Source of the DNA: Podarcis melisellensis
Taxonomy: Eukaryota
Assembly: GCA_964234715.1 (NCBI GenBank)
Contig: OZ174276.1
Direction: 5' to 3' (one strand)
DNA length: 64,000 nucleotides
A program made the position numbers and the translations under genes. The notes below the pieces were generated by a model. It was not told the origin of the DNA and ran no database searches. It saw only the letters and a list, made by a program, of their open reading frames with translations. Each line of letters starts with the position of its first letter. The first letter of the stretch is position 1. Shown here in pieces: positions 26,624-40,105 of the stretch.

Positions 26624-29600
26624 CATTATGTTCGCTGATTCTGAAGGCGTGAGAATCTCTCAGAGTCATGTTCTCATGATTTTATAGGATGTGTTATGGC
26701 AAAGATCTAAAAAGTGATGATTTCATCATGAACTGTAAGCACCATTATCAAAATGATGACTGTTGCAAAACCACATACAGTATCTTGAGTTACCCGAAAC
26801 TACACTAATACCACTTGTTAGTTTAATAGGGAAGTCTGATGGCTTTTTAGTTTTCTTTATTTTTTAAAAAACAAACCTTACTTACATTGCTGTTTGAATT
26901 AGAAATTAAATTAAAGCATTAAATGAATTAATGGGAAATATTCAAATGAGGGGACTGTAAGTAATGATAAAAACAAGAGACCAATAGCATGTCAAAATAA
27001 ACAAATTTATTACAGTTTGAGCTTTCGTCTTTAATCTCATTAGATTTACATAGAAGGCAGCTTCATATATCTGATAAAAAGCTCATGCCATGAAGGTGTG
27101 ACATGAGCAGTTGAGTTTTTGTTTAAAATAATAAGAGATATATAGTATTTTAGATTATTTTGTTTGTATTTTTATTATATTATTCAACTAATAATGCATG
27201 GATTTATCATTGGTTTAGATTATTAAAAGAAAAGCACACTGTTTAGTCTTTGTAAAGTACTAAGGGACTAATTTTTGTGATTTCTGAGGAGTCTGGGATC
27301 CAAAGGACTACTTAAAGGATGCTCAAGAGGGATTTTTATCTGTTTATCAGCAGGTCCAACAAACAAGCAGCCATTTAGTGTGTGAGTGGCTGCTGGTAGG
27401 AAAACATTGGATCCCACCCATAGAAATACAAACAAAATAGAATCACGGTTTGGGAAAATTCTAAATTCAAATAAGTGTGTCGCAGAGTTAATGAATTTAA
27501 TTATTTTGTTTCTATACATGCACAGTTTTATTTAGATAGTATTGTTAGAAAATGAACACATTACTTATTATGAAATGAGATTCAGCAACAACAAACAAAC
27601 CAGTTTTTGGAGAGTGCAGGTTGAATTTTGAGTAATGGCGTAGAACCAAAGACGGAAGAATTGTAACAGACTTGGTGAGTTCAGTTTGTACCAGTTATAC
27701 CTTTGTGCTAGCTTGTAAGTCCCAGAGCAAATAATGCTTTAAGTTACTGTTGTCACAACAAACTATTCCCCAGGATTACCAAGTTAATAGACTTCGACTG
27801 TTTGAATTCTACAAATATGTTATATAAGTACAATGTTGATATTGATAGATAAATATATTTATTCATTTTCCTAGTGTGCAGAATGCTATATTATTTTATG
27901 GAGGTAGATTCACATTTTAATAAATTAACATTTGCACTGTATGATCTCTCCGTGAGAAGCAGAAAGCAGTATGAAACTATATATGCTTGCTAAAGTGCAT
28001 TAAAAGCAATCCTGGATTTTGATTTTGATTTGCAGGAAAAGTTGTTTTTAGAGGAAAAGTATGCTCCCTTATATCTGAGTTTCCCAGACTAGATTGAGGT
28101 ATATCATTCCAACTCAGAAAATTCAGTAACCAAACTTATTTCTGGAAGTATCGGCTTCATCAGTTGTTCCAAGTGGTAATGGGAAACACTGGATACAAAG
28201 TAACTTTGTTTGCTTAGATGGTTAGGATTTATTTACATTATGTTTAGAATTGCAGCAATAAGCATTCCTATTACTGTACACATTTAATTGGAAGTAGGGA
28301 AGTTTATTAGAATTTTGTGGGGAGGTGTTTAAAGCAAACTGCAGTTGTTTTTGCAAGGCAAATCACTGTGCACTGCAAAATGCCACTTGGTGGCTTTTGG
28401 ATAGGTGTAAAAAGATATTTCCTGCGCTCTACTCATACCCTCCTGGTTGCAGTTTCTTTCATATTGTGCTAAGCTAGGCTGTACTATACTATTATCATTG
28501 AACCCAGCAATTGCAGCAAAGATCAACATCACCAGAAAAAAGTATGCAGTTTTATTTGTCTGTCAGTTCTTTTTTGTTTCTTTAAAGATTACAAAACCGG
28601 CAACATATGGCTATTACAGGAATATTATGAGGAATATTTTTCAGTGAATAAATGTAATTGTTGCTTTTTCCTTCTGTGTGTAGTAGCTTACTTTTTTAAA
28701 AATACAAAGGGACAGCTCCGGTTTTATTTTTTTATTGCAGACAATGCAATGCAGACAATGGTATAATTATCTTGCTTAATAGTTCGATGCTATGAATGGC
28801 TGCGCAACCATTTTTGAAGAACATTAATACGCACACGCTTGGCTGCTGTTGCAGCATTCTTTTTGGTGATATTGATCTGGCTGACGAGTCCTCACTGGGG
28901 TGGAGCATTTTGAAGGGCATGCTGTGATTAAAATATTGTGATGTGGCATTATTGCATAACTCAAGATCATGCCATTGTCACCTATCCAGCGTTTTGCAAG
29001 AACAAGACTTCTGAGTTTTATTTCACTTTAGATTTTACAGTGGTTGACTGCTCTTCCCTTCTGGGCGTTTAATCTTCAAAACTAAAATATCTACTCTTAC
29101 AAAAATATCAATTTCTGCATGATAGAGGACAACAAAACGACAGACATGCTATAGAGGTCAAGATGGACTGTGAGGAAGAGTCATTAAGATTCAGATATAT
29201 CAGTGTAGCAAACATCTGGTCCCAATATTAAAAATAAAATTCTTTAAAAATAGCTTAAAACCATTTTGAGCTAGTAAGAATAAGCCCGTAATCATTTTTG
29301 AATGTCTAATAGACCAGTGTAAATTCATTTTCAAACTATGTTTTTCCCCTCTTTGGTCCACCTCTGTATATAAAATAAGTATTTCCATTAACTGAAGACC
29401 ATTAACTAGGACAAATGTAGCAGTTGAATTCTATCTGAGTAAAAGTTAGAAACCTTGGAAATAGTCCCCCCCCTTTTATTTATTAGAAGTAAATACTCCA
29501 GTAGAACACAACATAATAAGCTGAACATAATAAGTTAAACAAGGAACCTAAAATACGTACTTTTAACTTGAAAATAAAGCATGGTTTCTTAATCAAGCTT

Positions 29601-29852
29601 TCAACCTCAAGACTGCCACAGTAGTACAAAAAACAAGATTCTTTTTAGGTAGAGACTAAAATAGTATTTTTTTGCTTTTTAATTTAAACTTGCTGAAGAA
29701 ATGCACCTGCTCATGGAGGAGTTGCCTTTCTTGAGAGGACAGTAAAACACAAGCACAGGCTAACAACTTAGCTAAACATTCCTTCAGTTAGTTGATGGCT
29801 TTTCCTTTTAAATCTCTTGTTTTTTTGGTTGCTGGTTTTAAAGTCCACTCAC

Positions 29853-29954
29853 CTGTGAGTTTGGGAACTGAGGTCCAAGATGTTCCAAGTTGTTAAACTG
29901 TTGCTGTCAGTGTTGAGAGAGAAGTACCTGTTTGCTGCTTGATTAAGTGAAACT
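29853..29954 (-). other. ZNF750: Predicted ZNF750 non-coding exon 1
   Basis: Consensus donor CAG|GTGAGT (29853/29852). Inr-matching TCAGTTT with A at 29954. No ATG inside. The 5' end is inferred. Confidence 0.6.
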
Positions 29955-30510
29955 GAAGGAGGCTGTTTCAATGGGAGGGACTTAAAAGTGTAGGAGTCGA
30001 GCCCTGCGGGTGTAGAGATGCACCTGATATTACTTCAGCCTGAAGCTACAGTTCATGTGTTTCCATCTACTCTTTTCATTTGATGTTACCTCAGCATCTC
30101 AGCTATCGAGCAGCAGCACTCTTGTCATGTTTGTGCCCTCTAACAAGCAAGTTTTTGTTTCTCCCACTGAGTTAATAATCTCCTGTCAAGGGGAACGGAA
30201 CACGGTACAGACACGTTTCTCAGTTTAAGATCTTTTAAACCATTTCTGAGTGAGAAGCAGATCATCACGAAGGCTTTAAAAGGTTATAAAACAGTAGTAG
30301 AAATTGTAGGCTGCTGCACGGGACGTTTCTTGGTTTGGTTTGGTTTTGTGTGTGTGTGGTGGATTGTGAGAATACTTGAATGCTGCTAGATTCCTCCTCC
30401 TCTCCCCCCCCCCCCCGCAGTTGTCCTCATGATAACTTCTGCCTGGGAACGGCGAGACAGAACTAACTCAAAGCCTACTTGCTGTAGGAACCTGCCAAAG
30501 CTTGCCAGGA
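29950..30510 (-). promoter_or_regulatory. Predicted ZNF750 core/proximal promoter
   Basis: TATA-like TTTTAAG at 29981-29987 (about -30 from the Inr), E-box CACCTG at 30021-30026, and a p63-like paired half-site at 30488-30507. Confidence 0.5.
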
Positions 30511-30689
30511 ATCGGCAGCCAATTGCATTGTAAGGAGTCACCTCTGTAGGAAACTGAGTATTTGCTTAGTTTCTCTGTTCAGTAGTTCAACTTCCCAGCC
30601 ACTGAACACACTGCATGGCAATTGTACTATTATTGTTTGATAACTCTCCACCACATGTGAGAGAAGGGGGGTGTCAGTACACCATTGTA

Positions 30690-30733
<44 letters not shown>

Positions 30734-30743
30734 CAACAACAAC
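30690..30743. repeat. (AAT)n-(AAC)n compound microsatellite
   Basis: Directly visible. Explains the poly-N and poly-Y ORFs. Confidence 0.95.
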
Positions 30744-30997
30744 TTGCTGCAGATTGGGCTTCCTTACTCTGCCCCATTCAGTCATGCTGTTTCTCCTTGC
30801 CATTGACTCTTCTCTTCCCCCGTTTGTGGGCTCTGGGCTATCCTGGTTGCCTTTTTAACACTGGGATAGAGCCACAAGCAACACTGTTGTACAGGGCAGC
30901 ATTATGGAGGCTACCTGAAAGACTCTCTTAACCTTCTAAGATCCAGTACCATTGTAAGTAAAATGAGAGAGCCATGTAGTACAGTCAGTGTAGAATT

Positions 30998-31059
30998 GTA
31001 GAATTGGTAATGTGCTTTGGTAGAATTGGTAATGTGCTTGTAGAATTGGTAGTGTGCTT
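30998..31059. repeat. 20-bp minisatellite x3 (GTAGAATTGGTAATGTGCTT)
   Basis: Copies at 30998-31017, 31020-31039 and 31040-31059 (one substitution in the third). Confidence 0.9.
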
Positions 31060-32285
31060 TGTGGCTTGTATACAGTTATAACATGGTTAGCTGACTGTAA
31101 GTACTAAATTACAAAGCTATAGCTGTGAATGAGTAAGTCTAAGGGTTTTAATTTTATTTTATATGGTTTTTAGATCAGTCTATACCCAAAGTGAAGGCAC
31201 AATCTATTTTGCTAACCATGCACAATGTATAATCTGAAAATTGTTTGTTTCAAATTGCATAATTTGAAAGTGTTTGTTGTTAATTATATATAAAACCCTG
31301 TGTTGTTTAGTATTTTTTTTTTTTGCAAAATCTCCCTCTCCATACACATGAAAGGTGCTGCCTACAGCAGTGTTTGCAAGGGGTGTGAGAGAGAGACAGT
31401 GAGAGAGAGAGTGTGTATTTTGGTTACTGAAACAAATGAGCCAATGCTACCTGGCGGAAGCCCATCAAATTTCCCATCCTGTTGAAAGTAATGAAATGTG
31501 GGTGGACAACACTTGCAGCAGGATGCAGTTGCCATCCATCTGTAGGATGTGCATCTGTATTCTGTCTCAACTAGTTACGTGCAGGGCGGTCAGGAGGCAA
31601 GTAGAGAGGGTACTGATTCACAGCCAACAGAAGCACAGACTTTCATTAAGTTTTTGTGTAAATTTTCTTGCGGCACTAGTTATGGGACTGGAAACGGAAG
31701 TGTCAACTTCATCCCTTGTGGTCTATCACAGTGGACACTAAGGCAAAATGTGCCCTCTACTTTAAAAACAACTCAAGATGAATTGTACATTTATGAGTAC
31801 ATTTATGAATTTTGCATTCTGTGCAGCATTCAGATATGCCGGTTCCAGCTCACTGGCTTCTCTTATTTTGACAGATGTTTTGCACACGCTTTTTAAAATT
31901 TAGAATTGGAGCCATAAGTAGTATGTGTATGGTTTTTAAAGGATGAGTGAAATTCTTATGAAGCCGAAGTTAATGTCCAATACACCATTTTGTATTTGTC
32001 CATCCCACACTAGAACTGTCAAGAAGAGGGGAAGCTGCTTTTGTTCTATATGAGATCTCCCTCGGTTCTTTAATTTCTCTCCTTTACAAGTAAAAAAGGT
32101 GCATCGTCACAGGTCTCTGAGAAGGTTGCCACTGAAAGCTAAAATTAAGCTTCTTTGTCACAATGGAAGAACCATACATACACAGATCTATTCCAAGGAA
32201 TTACAGGGTATTAAGGATCAGAAGGATAATGCACATGGCCAACACATCAACCGGAGGTCAGGCACCAGATCAAATGTTCAAGGTT

Positions 32286-32977
32286 CATAGAGTCATAGAA
32301 TTGTAGAGTTGGAAGAGACCCCAGGGGTCATCTAGTCCACCCCCTGCATTGCAGGAATCTCAGTTAAATTATACATGGCAGCTGGCCAGCCAGATGGGCG
32401 GGGTATAAATAATAAATTGTTGTTGTTGTTGTTGTTGTTGTTAAAAAACATCCAAGGAAGCAGAACCCACTACCTCTCGTGGAAGTCTGTCCCACTATTG
32501 AACAGCTGTTACTGTCAGGAAGTTATTCCTTGTGTGTAGTTGGAATCTCCTTTCTTGTAACTTGAAGCCATTGGTTCAGGTCCTACCCTCCGGAGCAGAA
32601 GAATGCAAACTTGCTCCATCTTCCATGTGGTAGCCCTTTAGATATTTGAAGATTACTATCATGCCTTCTCTCAGTCTCCCCTTTTCCAGGGTAACATACC
32701 AAACTCTCAACTATTCCTCATAATGCTTGGTTTCCAGACCCTTGATCGTCTTGGTTGTCCCCCTTTGCACACGTTCCAGCTTGTCAATATCCTTCTTAAA
32801 TTGTGGTGTCCAGAACTGGGCACAGTACACCAGGTTGGGTCTGACCAAAGCAGAATAGACACTAGACTTCTGCAGGGTCTTAGCAATCGCAGCATCCTTT
32901 TCTAAGTGTTCACAGACCGACTGTTTAATTTTCTGTTCTAGGACATTTCCTGGTATCGATGTCAAGCTCACCGGTCA
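32286..32977 (-). mobile_element. CR1 LINE fragment with internal deletion
   Basis: [17 protein letters not shown] fused to [32 protein letters not shown], followed by the CR1 3'UTR and tail. Confidence 0.9.
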
Positions 32978-34037
32978 TAGGCAAGTGCAGAGTAAGAGCC
33001 AGGCAGAAGATTTAGTTTGAAGGAAGCAGTAGAGGGCTTGATGGGTGATCATGATCAGAAGGAGCAGGAGAATAAGTAGAATGCTTGTGCAAAAAGAGAA
33101 GATGGATGGACTAATGGGCTGACCTAGCCTGCTGATTCACTCGGAGAGTCAGATGACAGTAGGCTAGGAGGTCTGCTGCTTCTTTTCAGGTTGGAATGAC
33201 AGCCTAGAGGCCTGCCTTTTCTTGTCTGTGTGGCCTGTTAAGGACACAAAGTGCTGAAGGTGCAGAAGGTAAGCTGCTGAAGGCCCTGGTTTGAGATCCC
33301 CTGCTGTGCCTTACACAGTGTAGGCTTGTGAACATACCCTAAGGTGGGATTTAACTAATGAGCCCCATCAGCAGAAACCCATGCAAGGACTTCCTCTAGT
33401 GCAGCTGTGCTTTCTCCTGTCTCATGTGCCCCATTGGCTGTGGGGGAGGGTTGAGAGAACCCCCAGAACAGCATGGGAGGAAGGAGAGGGCAGATTGTTT
33501 GTTCCATCAAGTAAGCAGACATGTTTGTGTTAAGAGGGCATTCTGCTGAGTGAATTCCTCCCCACTGTATTGTCAGTTCCCTTCTTGTTATGCATGTGCA
33601 CAAGGATATGATCTGTTGTTGTTTTTAACAATACATTCTAGCATCTACTTTCTACATGATATAAATAATTTCTAAGGTGTTTTCACAGCAGACTGTCAAC
33701 TGAGAGTCCCCAGAGTTTTTAAGGTGGATATACTGTTGACGATTATTTTAGGTGTGTCCAGTTGACATGACATGCGGTCACCAATGAAAAGGTGGTTTTG
33801 GATTCAGAAGAAGGCAGAACAGGGATGGGGGGTTTGCTTATACGTGCTCCGCCGATGCACGCGGGGCTGGGAACAGAACCCCTGCACAAAATGGTCACTG
33901 CCTGTACTATCAAGCCCACAAAATCTTGCACGCTCATCCCATCCAACAAATACATTTTCCAGAGCCCATGCTCATAATCCCCCTCCCCCATAAATAAATA
34001 TATAAAACCTATGGTTTGATGGGGGATAGGGCTGATA

Positions 34038-34249
34038 CAGTGGTAACTCGGGTTACAGACGCTTCAGGTTACAGACTCCGCTAACCCAGAAATACTACCT
34101 CGGGTTAAGAACTTTGCTTCAGGATGAGAACAGAAATCGTGCAGCAGTGGGAGGCCCCATTAGCTAAAGTGGTACCTCAGGTTAAGAACAGTTTCAGATT
34201 AAGAACGGACCTCCAGAACGAATTAAGTTCTTGACCCGCGGTACCACTG
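34038..34249. mobile_element. TcMar/Tigger-like MITE, family A (opposite orientation to 135-360)
   Basis: Reverse-complement similarity to family A, with TA flanks. Confidence 0.9.
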
Positions 34250-37200
34250 TAGTAGGATCTGTAGTAAACAGATCTAAATATACTCGTCACTAATCAACAT
34301 CGGAATGCCATTGTTCTACACCTTGCCTTTCAAAATTTCTTCATTAGCCTTACTGCAGACCACAGTTGTCAGCTCTAAGCCTGAGCATCCACTGCAGCTT
34401 TCTTTCATCCTAAGCGCCTTTCCAACTGTTTACCTTCTAAAATCCTCTTGCATGTAAAAAAGGGTTGCTTGCCTCATCCTGTCAGCTTCATTAATCCTAT
34501 TATCCATTTGTCCTTTTCCATTGACTAAGGACACCCCCCCATTCCCCCCTCTCCCCTTTTGACTCCACATGTTGGCACATTGAATATTCTTCACTCATTA
34601 ACTCCTTGCTGTTAATTTTAAATGGCCTGGAGAAGGGAGTTGATGATAGTAGGTCAATCTTTGCCCTGTCTTGTTCTTGACCTGAAGATGGTTCAGTATT
34701 TTGTGGGGGGGGGGATATGATTGGGCAGATGTGGCTTGTGCTTGGGACCCCAAAGGACCTGATGAGGCTTGACAACCCTTGTTGTATACTCTGTAAGTTT
34801 GTCTTAGTTTTCTTTGTTTCTTGTGCTGTAGAATCAGAGGGAAGCCAGGGTAGCGATGTTGGCCTCTGGGCATGATCCTAGCGCAGCAAAGAGCTTATTA
34901 AAAGCCAGCCACTCCCTGGAAGTGGTAGCTGCTAGGCAGACCTGCTCAACTGGGCTGTAGCTGAAGTAGAGCAGAATGTGCAGGTGCAGCAGGCATTGAA
35001 TTAAACTGGAGGCAATAGAGCAAAATACCGGGATATGCAAGTTCAGGGAGTAGAGCCTTGGAGACAGGATGCTTCTTGTTTTCTTCACTAATGAATATAA
35101 CTGGTCCTGGTCAAATTGATACTGGCAGCTGTTTTTCCATTGTTGGGGTGAATGTATTGTCCTCTCATCTAGCGTTGTATAATTATTATAAGCATGTAGA
35201 CCAGTCACCTGATGGGTGACACCCATTAAAAGAAGATGAACGCAATAGTCATATTGGAGGCGATATAATTCCAGGCTTGATGCAACGCTGATTGTTATCA
35301 TTGTTATTCTCCTAACAGTGCGGCACTTGGGATGAATTAATGCCAGCACATTTGGAGTGTCATTTGGAAATCAAAGCTGCTGTGCTTAAAAGTACACAGG
35401 TTCCACTATGTAGCTAAGGACCTGTATCACTTAAAACAAACTTTAGCTTCTGAGATTCAGTGTGCTTTGAGAAAAGGCATTCAGAATGTTTTGGTAGTCT
35501 CTGTTCTTCTCAGATGTGTCTGAGAAACGGCATCCTCTCAGAGAAAGTGTATTTTCATTAGTATAAATTCTGGAGACATGTGAAATATATTGGAAGTTCA
35601 GTTTTACAGAAGAAAATAACATTATCACAGGCATGGGACTTCTTTAGAAGAATGTAGCCATATTTCAACTTGTCTGTTCCCATATATAATCTTCTCTTGA
35701 TGGTACTTTCTTACACCTTCAGATCCATTTTATACGACAGTATTACCTTGGATAAATAGCAGAAACCAGTTCAAGAACTAGCTGTACCCCTAAACTTGCA
35801 AAAAAAATTACACAATCTCTTTTCAAGTGTCCTCTCTCAGTCCTGTTTGCATAATTGCTGACTTACATTTAACACCTTTTGAGACACTCTTTTGTCCTTC
35901 CTAATGACTTCTAATCTCCAAATTTGGTGGCATTTTACAAGTCAGAGCAAGTTGGCTAGATAATACCCTTAGTTTCTAGGTAGTACAAAGGCTTTCTATT
36001 GGGGGGAAATGAAAAAAAATGTTTACATCTTGAGTCATCTTAAATTTTCTGACATGGAACATAAGAATTAAGTTGTGGATCACTTGTAGCTGGGGCTTGC
36101 TGCTGGCTGATTTGAGACTCAGTATGTTGGTCTGTTAGTGCTTTTCCTATTTAACTTTAGTTAGCAGGGTGCTTTATGCTGTAAGGACACTGAATAGGAT
36201 CACTGAATTTCTTAGCCATGAAACTTGGAAATGGAGTGTTAAGAGATGCTGTGTCTCTCAAGCATGATGCTAGAGATGGCCGCCACTTCTCTTGTTGTCA
36301 GGTTGGCAAAGAATAGGCAAAACGAATATTGAACATATAGAAAAAGAAAGCAGACTGAGATGAAAGAACCACAGGGCAGGTGATAACCAGATGTTGTTGG
36401 ACTGCACCTCAGCCAGCATGACCAGTGGTCTAAGACTATTTGACTTGCACAGCTAATGATCAGCAGACAAAACTAACCAAGTTACAGTTGTGTTGGTGAG
36501 GATTCTTTGCTTCCAAACTTAATTTATCCCACTTGTACTGATCAGTAAGCATTGATACACTAACTACCTATTTATGTATATGTCCTGCTCCCAATTCCTA
36601 ATTACTTAGATTGGTTTCTATGTTCCATGGAAGCGGTGAAAGGAATTGTATGTTCCCCGTAATTTCAGAACTTTTACAAAGAGTGGGTGCGTATTTCTGC
36701 CACTTCATTAGGATAAATATACATACAACTTTTTTGTTCAGTAAACAGGGCATGTGGAAGGACATTTTGCTCATACAACCTTTTTTCTCTCTCTTACCAC
36801 TTCTGTGAATTAGCCAACATAGCCTTTAATGAAATAGCTACAAGTTGGGAGTCTTTCCCTTTCTCCTTTTCTTTCTGTTGCACATCGTGTAAAGTTTGTC
36901 CCAGGTTCAGCACACAAGCATAGGGGTTCCCAAATTTTGGCTTGGCTTGAATTCTCTTGAAAGGATGGCTGGTTTCTTCCTGGAAGCCTCCTTTCACTTC
37001 CTCCACATTCTGCCTGCAGATAAGGAGGTTAGTTCTCTTTCATGGCCAGGGCTTTTGCTTGAAGGGAGTCACTTGTTGCTGCTGAGGAGATAAATTAATT
37101 TATGGTCCCCTGCACATGCATAAAAAGGCAGAACATTATGCCCTCTAGAAAAGCGGCCTTCCTAGATGCCAGGGGTCATACAGCAAACCTGGAAGAGATT

Positions 37201-39159
37201 GTATTGTACAGGATCTGAACCAAAAATGTCGTATCTGATTAGACAATCTCTATTTTAAACAAAAAAACAACAACACTTTTTGGCAGATTCACAGAACTTA
37301 TTCAGCACAAGGAAGCACATTTACATGTTGCTTGCAGGAGAAAGGACTTGGCTAAATAGAATACAATGGGCGGTATTCAATTAAATCCTTTGGCTAGCAC
37401 CTCAACGTTCTAGAAATTCGTTGGGGATTTTTTATTTTCCTTTTCCTTTCGTAGCTTTATTTAGAAAATGTTATAATGCTCATGGTTGACGGTTGTTCAG
37501 AAACTGAGTTAAAGAACACAAGGAAAGGGTGCTTTTCTCATTACATTAAAAAGGTCTTTCTAAACTCTATAGTGATGGAAAGGCAGAAGTTGTTTCTGTG
37601 TTTCATGGGATTCAAAGCAGAGCTTCCTGTTGCAACCTGTAGTTAATGTTAAGTTAAGGATGGTCGGATAGAACAGGTGCTCATTAATACCTCTAGGCTA
37701 CACGTACAGGTGACTGCATTTTAAAAAAGAATGCTGAAACTCAACAAGTGAATCTGGATTCTGTCAGTTTTCCATGTACAATATATGCAATCTGCTAGTC
37801 ACATAGTAATTCTTTTAATTTGAAAACTTGTGTTTATGATACAGTAATGTTTTTCGTTATGTCAAATTGGTTATGTATATCTTTACCACCACATAAAAAG
37901 TTAATGGTACTTTTCCAATTTTGATAATAGGAGTGTGAATTGTTCTGAAATGAACTGTGAATGTTTGAACAGTTGATTTGAGTATAACATTATTTTGAGA
38001 GGATATCACAGAGAGGCTTATCCTGGGTTAAGATCAGTTGTTGGTCTGGATACATTGCCAAGTTCAAAATAGCTAATAGCATATATTACCAAAAAAGAAA
38101 AGAAAAGAACTACACAAGCCTGGGCAAATTCATGTACATAATATATCTCAGATTTTATTTCTGTCCATCGTTCCAGCACAAAATGTGTGCATGTACACAC
38201 ACATTTTGACAGTGTCTTAGATAAAGGCAGTCATTCTTCTTAGTGGGCAACAACAGAATGGACTAGTGAATAAAACTTGTACTGTATGTCATGATATGTG
38301 AGAGCCAGGCCTCCAAAGCAGCTTAATTGTTAGAGCCAGCATACCTTGCTTAGCTGCTGAATGTGTTCTGGGTTATCCTAACAGCAGACCCAAAGATTCC
38401 TCAGGACTCATCCTACCTTATTTTCCTCTGATCCTTTGAACTGTCTACTGCCCATATCCTGGTGTCAGAAATTTTGTGGTACTCCTGACTAGTTATATTT
38501 GCTTAAGGCTTAAAATGCATTGCTCAGAGTACACCTAGTAAAATCCTCAGAGTTGAGTTACTGGAGTTTATTCTCCCATTATGACCCAGCCTCCTTGACC
38601 ATGAGAAAATCTTCTTTCATTGGTTATAGGCAATAACCATACCAAAAGTGACACATGTTGATAAACTCTATGGCCATGTTTGGATATTTTGCTATACCAT
38701 GGCTTAATGCAATGGAAATGAGCTTAGCCACCTCCCAACCTTGGGACTCTTTGCACTTTCAGTCCTGTTATCTGAAGGGAACAAAAACTATGGCTGACAT
38801 TAATTATGGCTAGTTTAAAAGAAGCCACCTTCAAAACATGGTTTCTGAAGCAGGCTTGTTTAAACTAATCATACTTTATATTTAACCATAGTTTCCAGTT
38901 GGAATGATGTAGGAAGCCGTGCTTTTGCTAAAAGCAGAAGTGAAAGCTTCTGAATTGCCACTCTTGTATATATGGGAGGAGAAGAGGGGAGGGGAGAGTG
39001 CTTAAGCATGGGGGGGGGAATAACCATGCCACACTAAACCATTGTTTAACCATTGATTAAGATGAGTTCCATGCATGGCCTACATAATCAACAACTTTAT
39101 TATGACATGCAATTGCTTCTTCAGAGGCCTAACCTTTTCTTGAAGTACAAAACATAGTA

Positions 39160-39363
39160 CAGTGGTACCTCAGGTTACAGACACTTCAGGTTACAGACTC
39201 CGCTAACCCAGAAATAGTACCTCGGGTTAAGAACTTTGCTTCAGGATAAGAACAGAAATCGCATGGTGGCAGTGGGAGGCCACAATGGCTAAAGTGGTAC
39301 CTCAGTTTCAGGTTAAGAACAGACCTCCAGAACGAATTAAATTCTTAACCCAAGGTACCACTG
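39160..39363. mobile_element. TcMar/Tigger-like MITE, family A (opposite orientation)
   Basis: TA-CAGTGGTACCTC...GGTACCACTG-TA. Confidence 0.9.
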
Positions 39364-39844
39364 TAGCTCCTGCCTGACACCTTTCATCTGTGTTTCCCAA
39401 GATGAAGAATCGTGTAATGATCAATAGAGCTTTTCTTTCTACACTTGTTAGAAAAACCAACATTTCCCCCTCGTTTTATTTAAGTCTGAAGTGGAAAGTA
39501 CAGCGTAAACAGTAATATCAGTAGCAGTAATGTTTAATCTCCACAAGAAAAAATTTACAGCAGATTTTCAAAAACTGCCTCCAGGGGCTTTTTTGTGTTC
39601 TTGTATAACCAGTTAAATCCCTTTTTTCACCAGTTTATTCAACACACTTGGGAACAAGTTAAACTACATTTTTTAAGACAGTTTTAGTGCTGTCAGGTTG
39701 TTTTATTTTCTTTCACCAAACAAAAAAGAGAATACCAAACTTTTGGTCCTGCGATGTGGTTTTCCCTTGTAGGGTAATTTTGTGCCTCTTAAAAGCAGTT
39801 TCTTCGTCCTCCTTAGAGGATGTGTTTTTTCATCTTAGGCACTT

Positions 39845-40085
39845 ATTATCATTATCATTATTATCATTATTATTATTATCATTATTATTAATCTTACACC
39901 CCACCTTTCATCCAGGGACCTGAAGGTGGCACACCCTTCCCATTTATCCTCACAACAGCCCTGTTAGGTATGTTAAGCTGAGCAGCAGTGACTGCCCCAA
40001 GGTCACCCAGTCCTGCCTGAGTGGGGATTTGAACCCCGATCTCCCAGGCTATAGTGTGACACTCTAACCACTGCTCCACACAGCT
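39845..40085 (-). mobile_element. tRNA-derived SINE (CORE/Squam3-like) with (AAT)n tail
   Basis: A-box-like GGAGCAGTGGTTAGAGTG, B-box GGGGTTCAAATCCCC, and an AT-rich microsatellite tail. Confidence 0.7.
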
Positions 40086-40105
40086 AAAAATGACTTTTTC
40101 CAATA

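Noticed and set aside
27597-27606. GRHL motif AAACCAGTTT in ZNF750 intron 1
   Set aside because: An identical 10-mer also occurs at ~8092 in unrelated context, so it is not distinguishable from chance without conservation data.
30998-31059. CRISPR-like array
   Set aside because: Head-to-tail tandem repeats with no unique spacers, in eukaryotic DNA with no cas genes.
34834-35349. 171-aa minus-strand ORF upstream of ZNF750
   Set aside because: No ATG start and no recognisable domain or splice support. The + strand has only a faint Gypsy-integrase-like reading (FRE*SLGDRMLLV), too weak to call.
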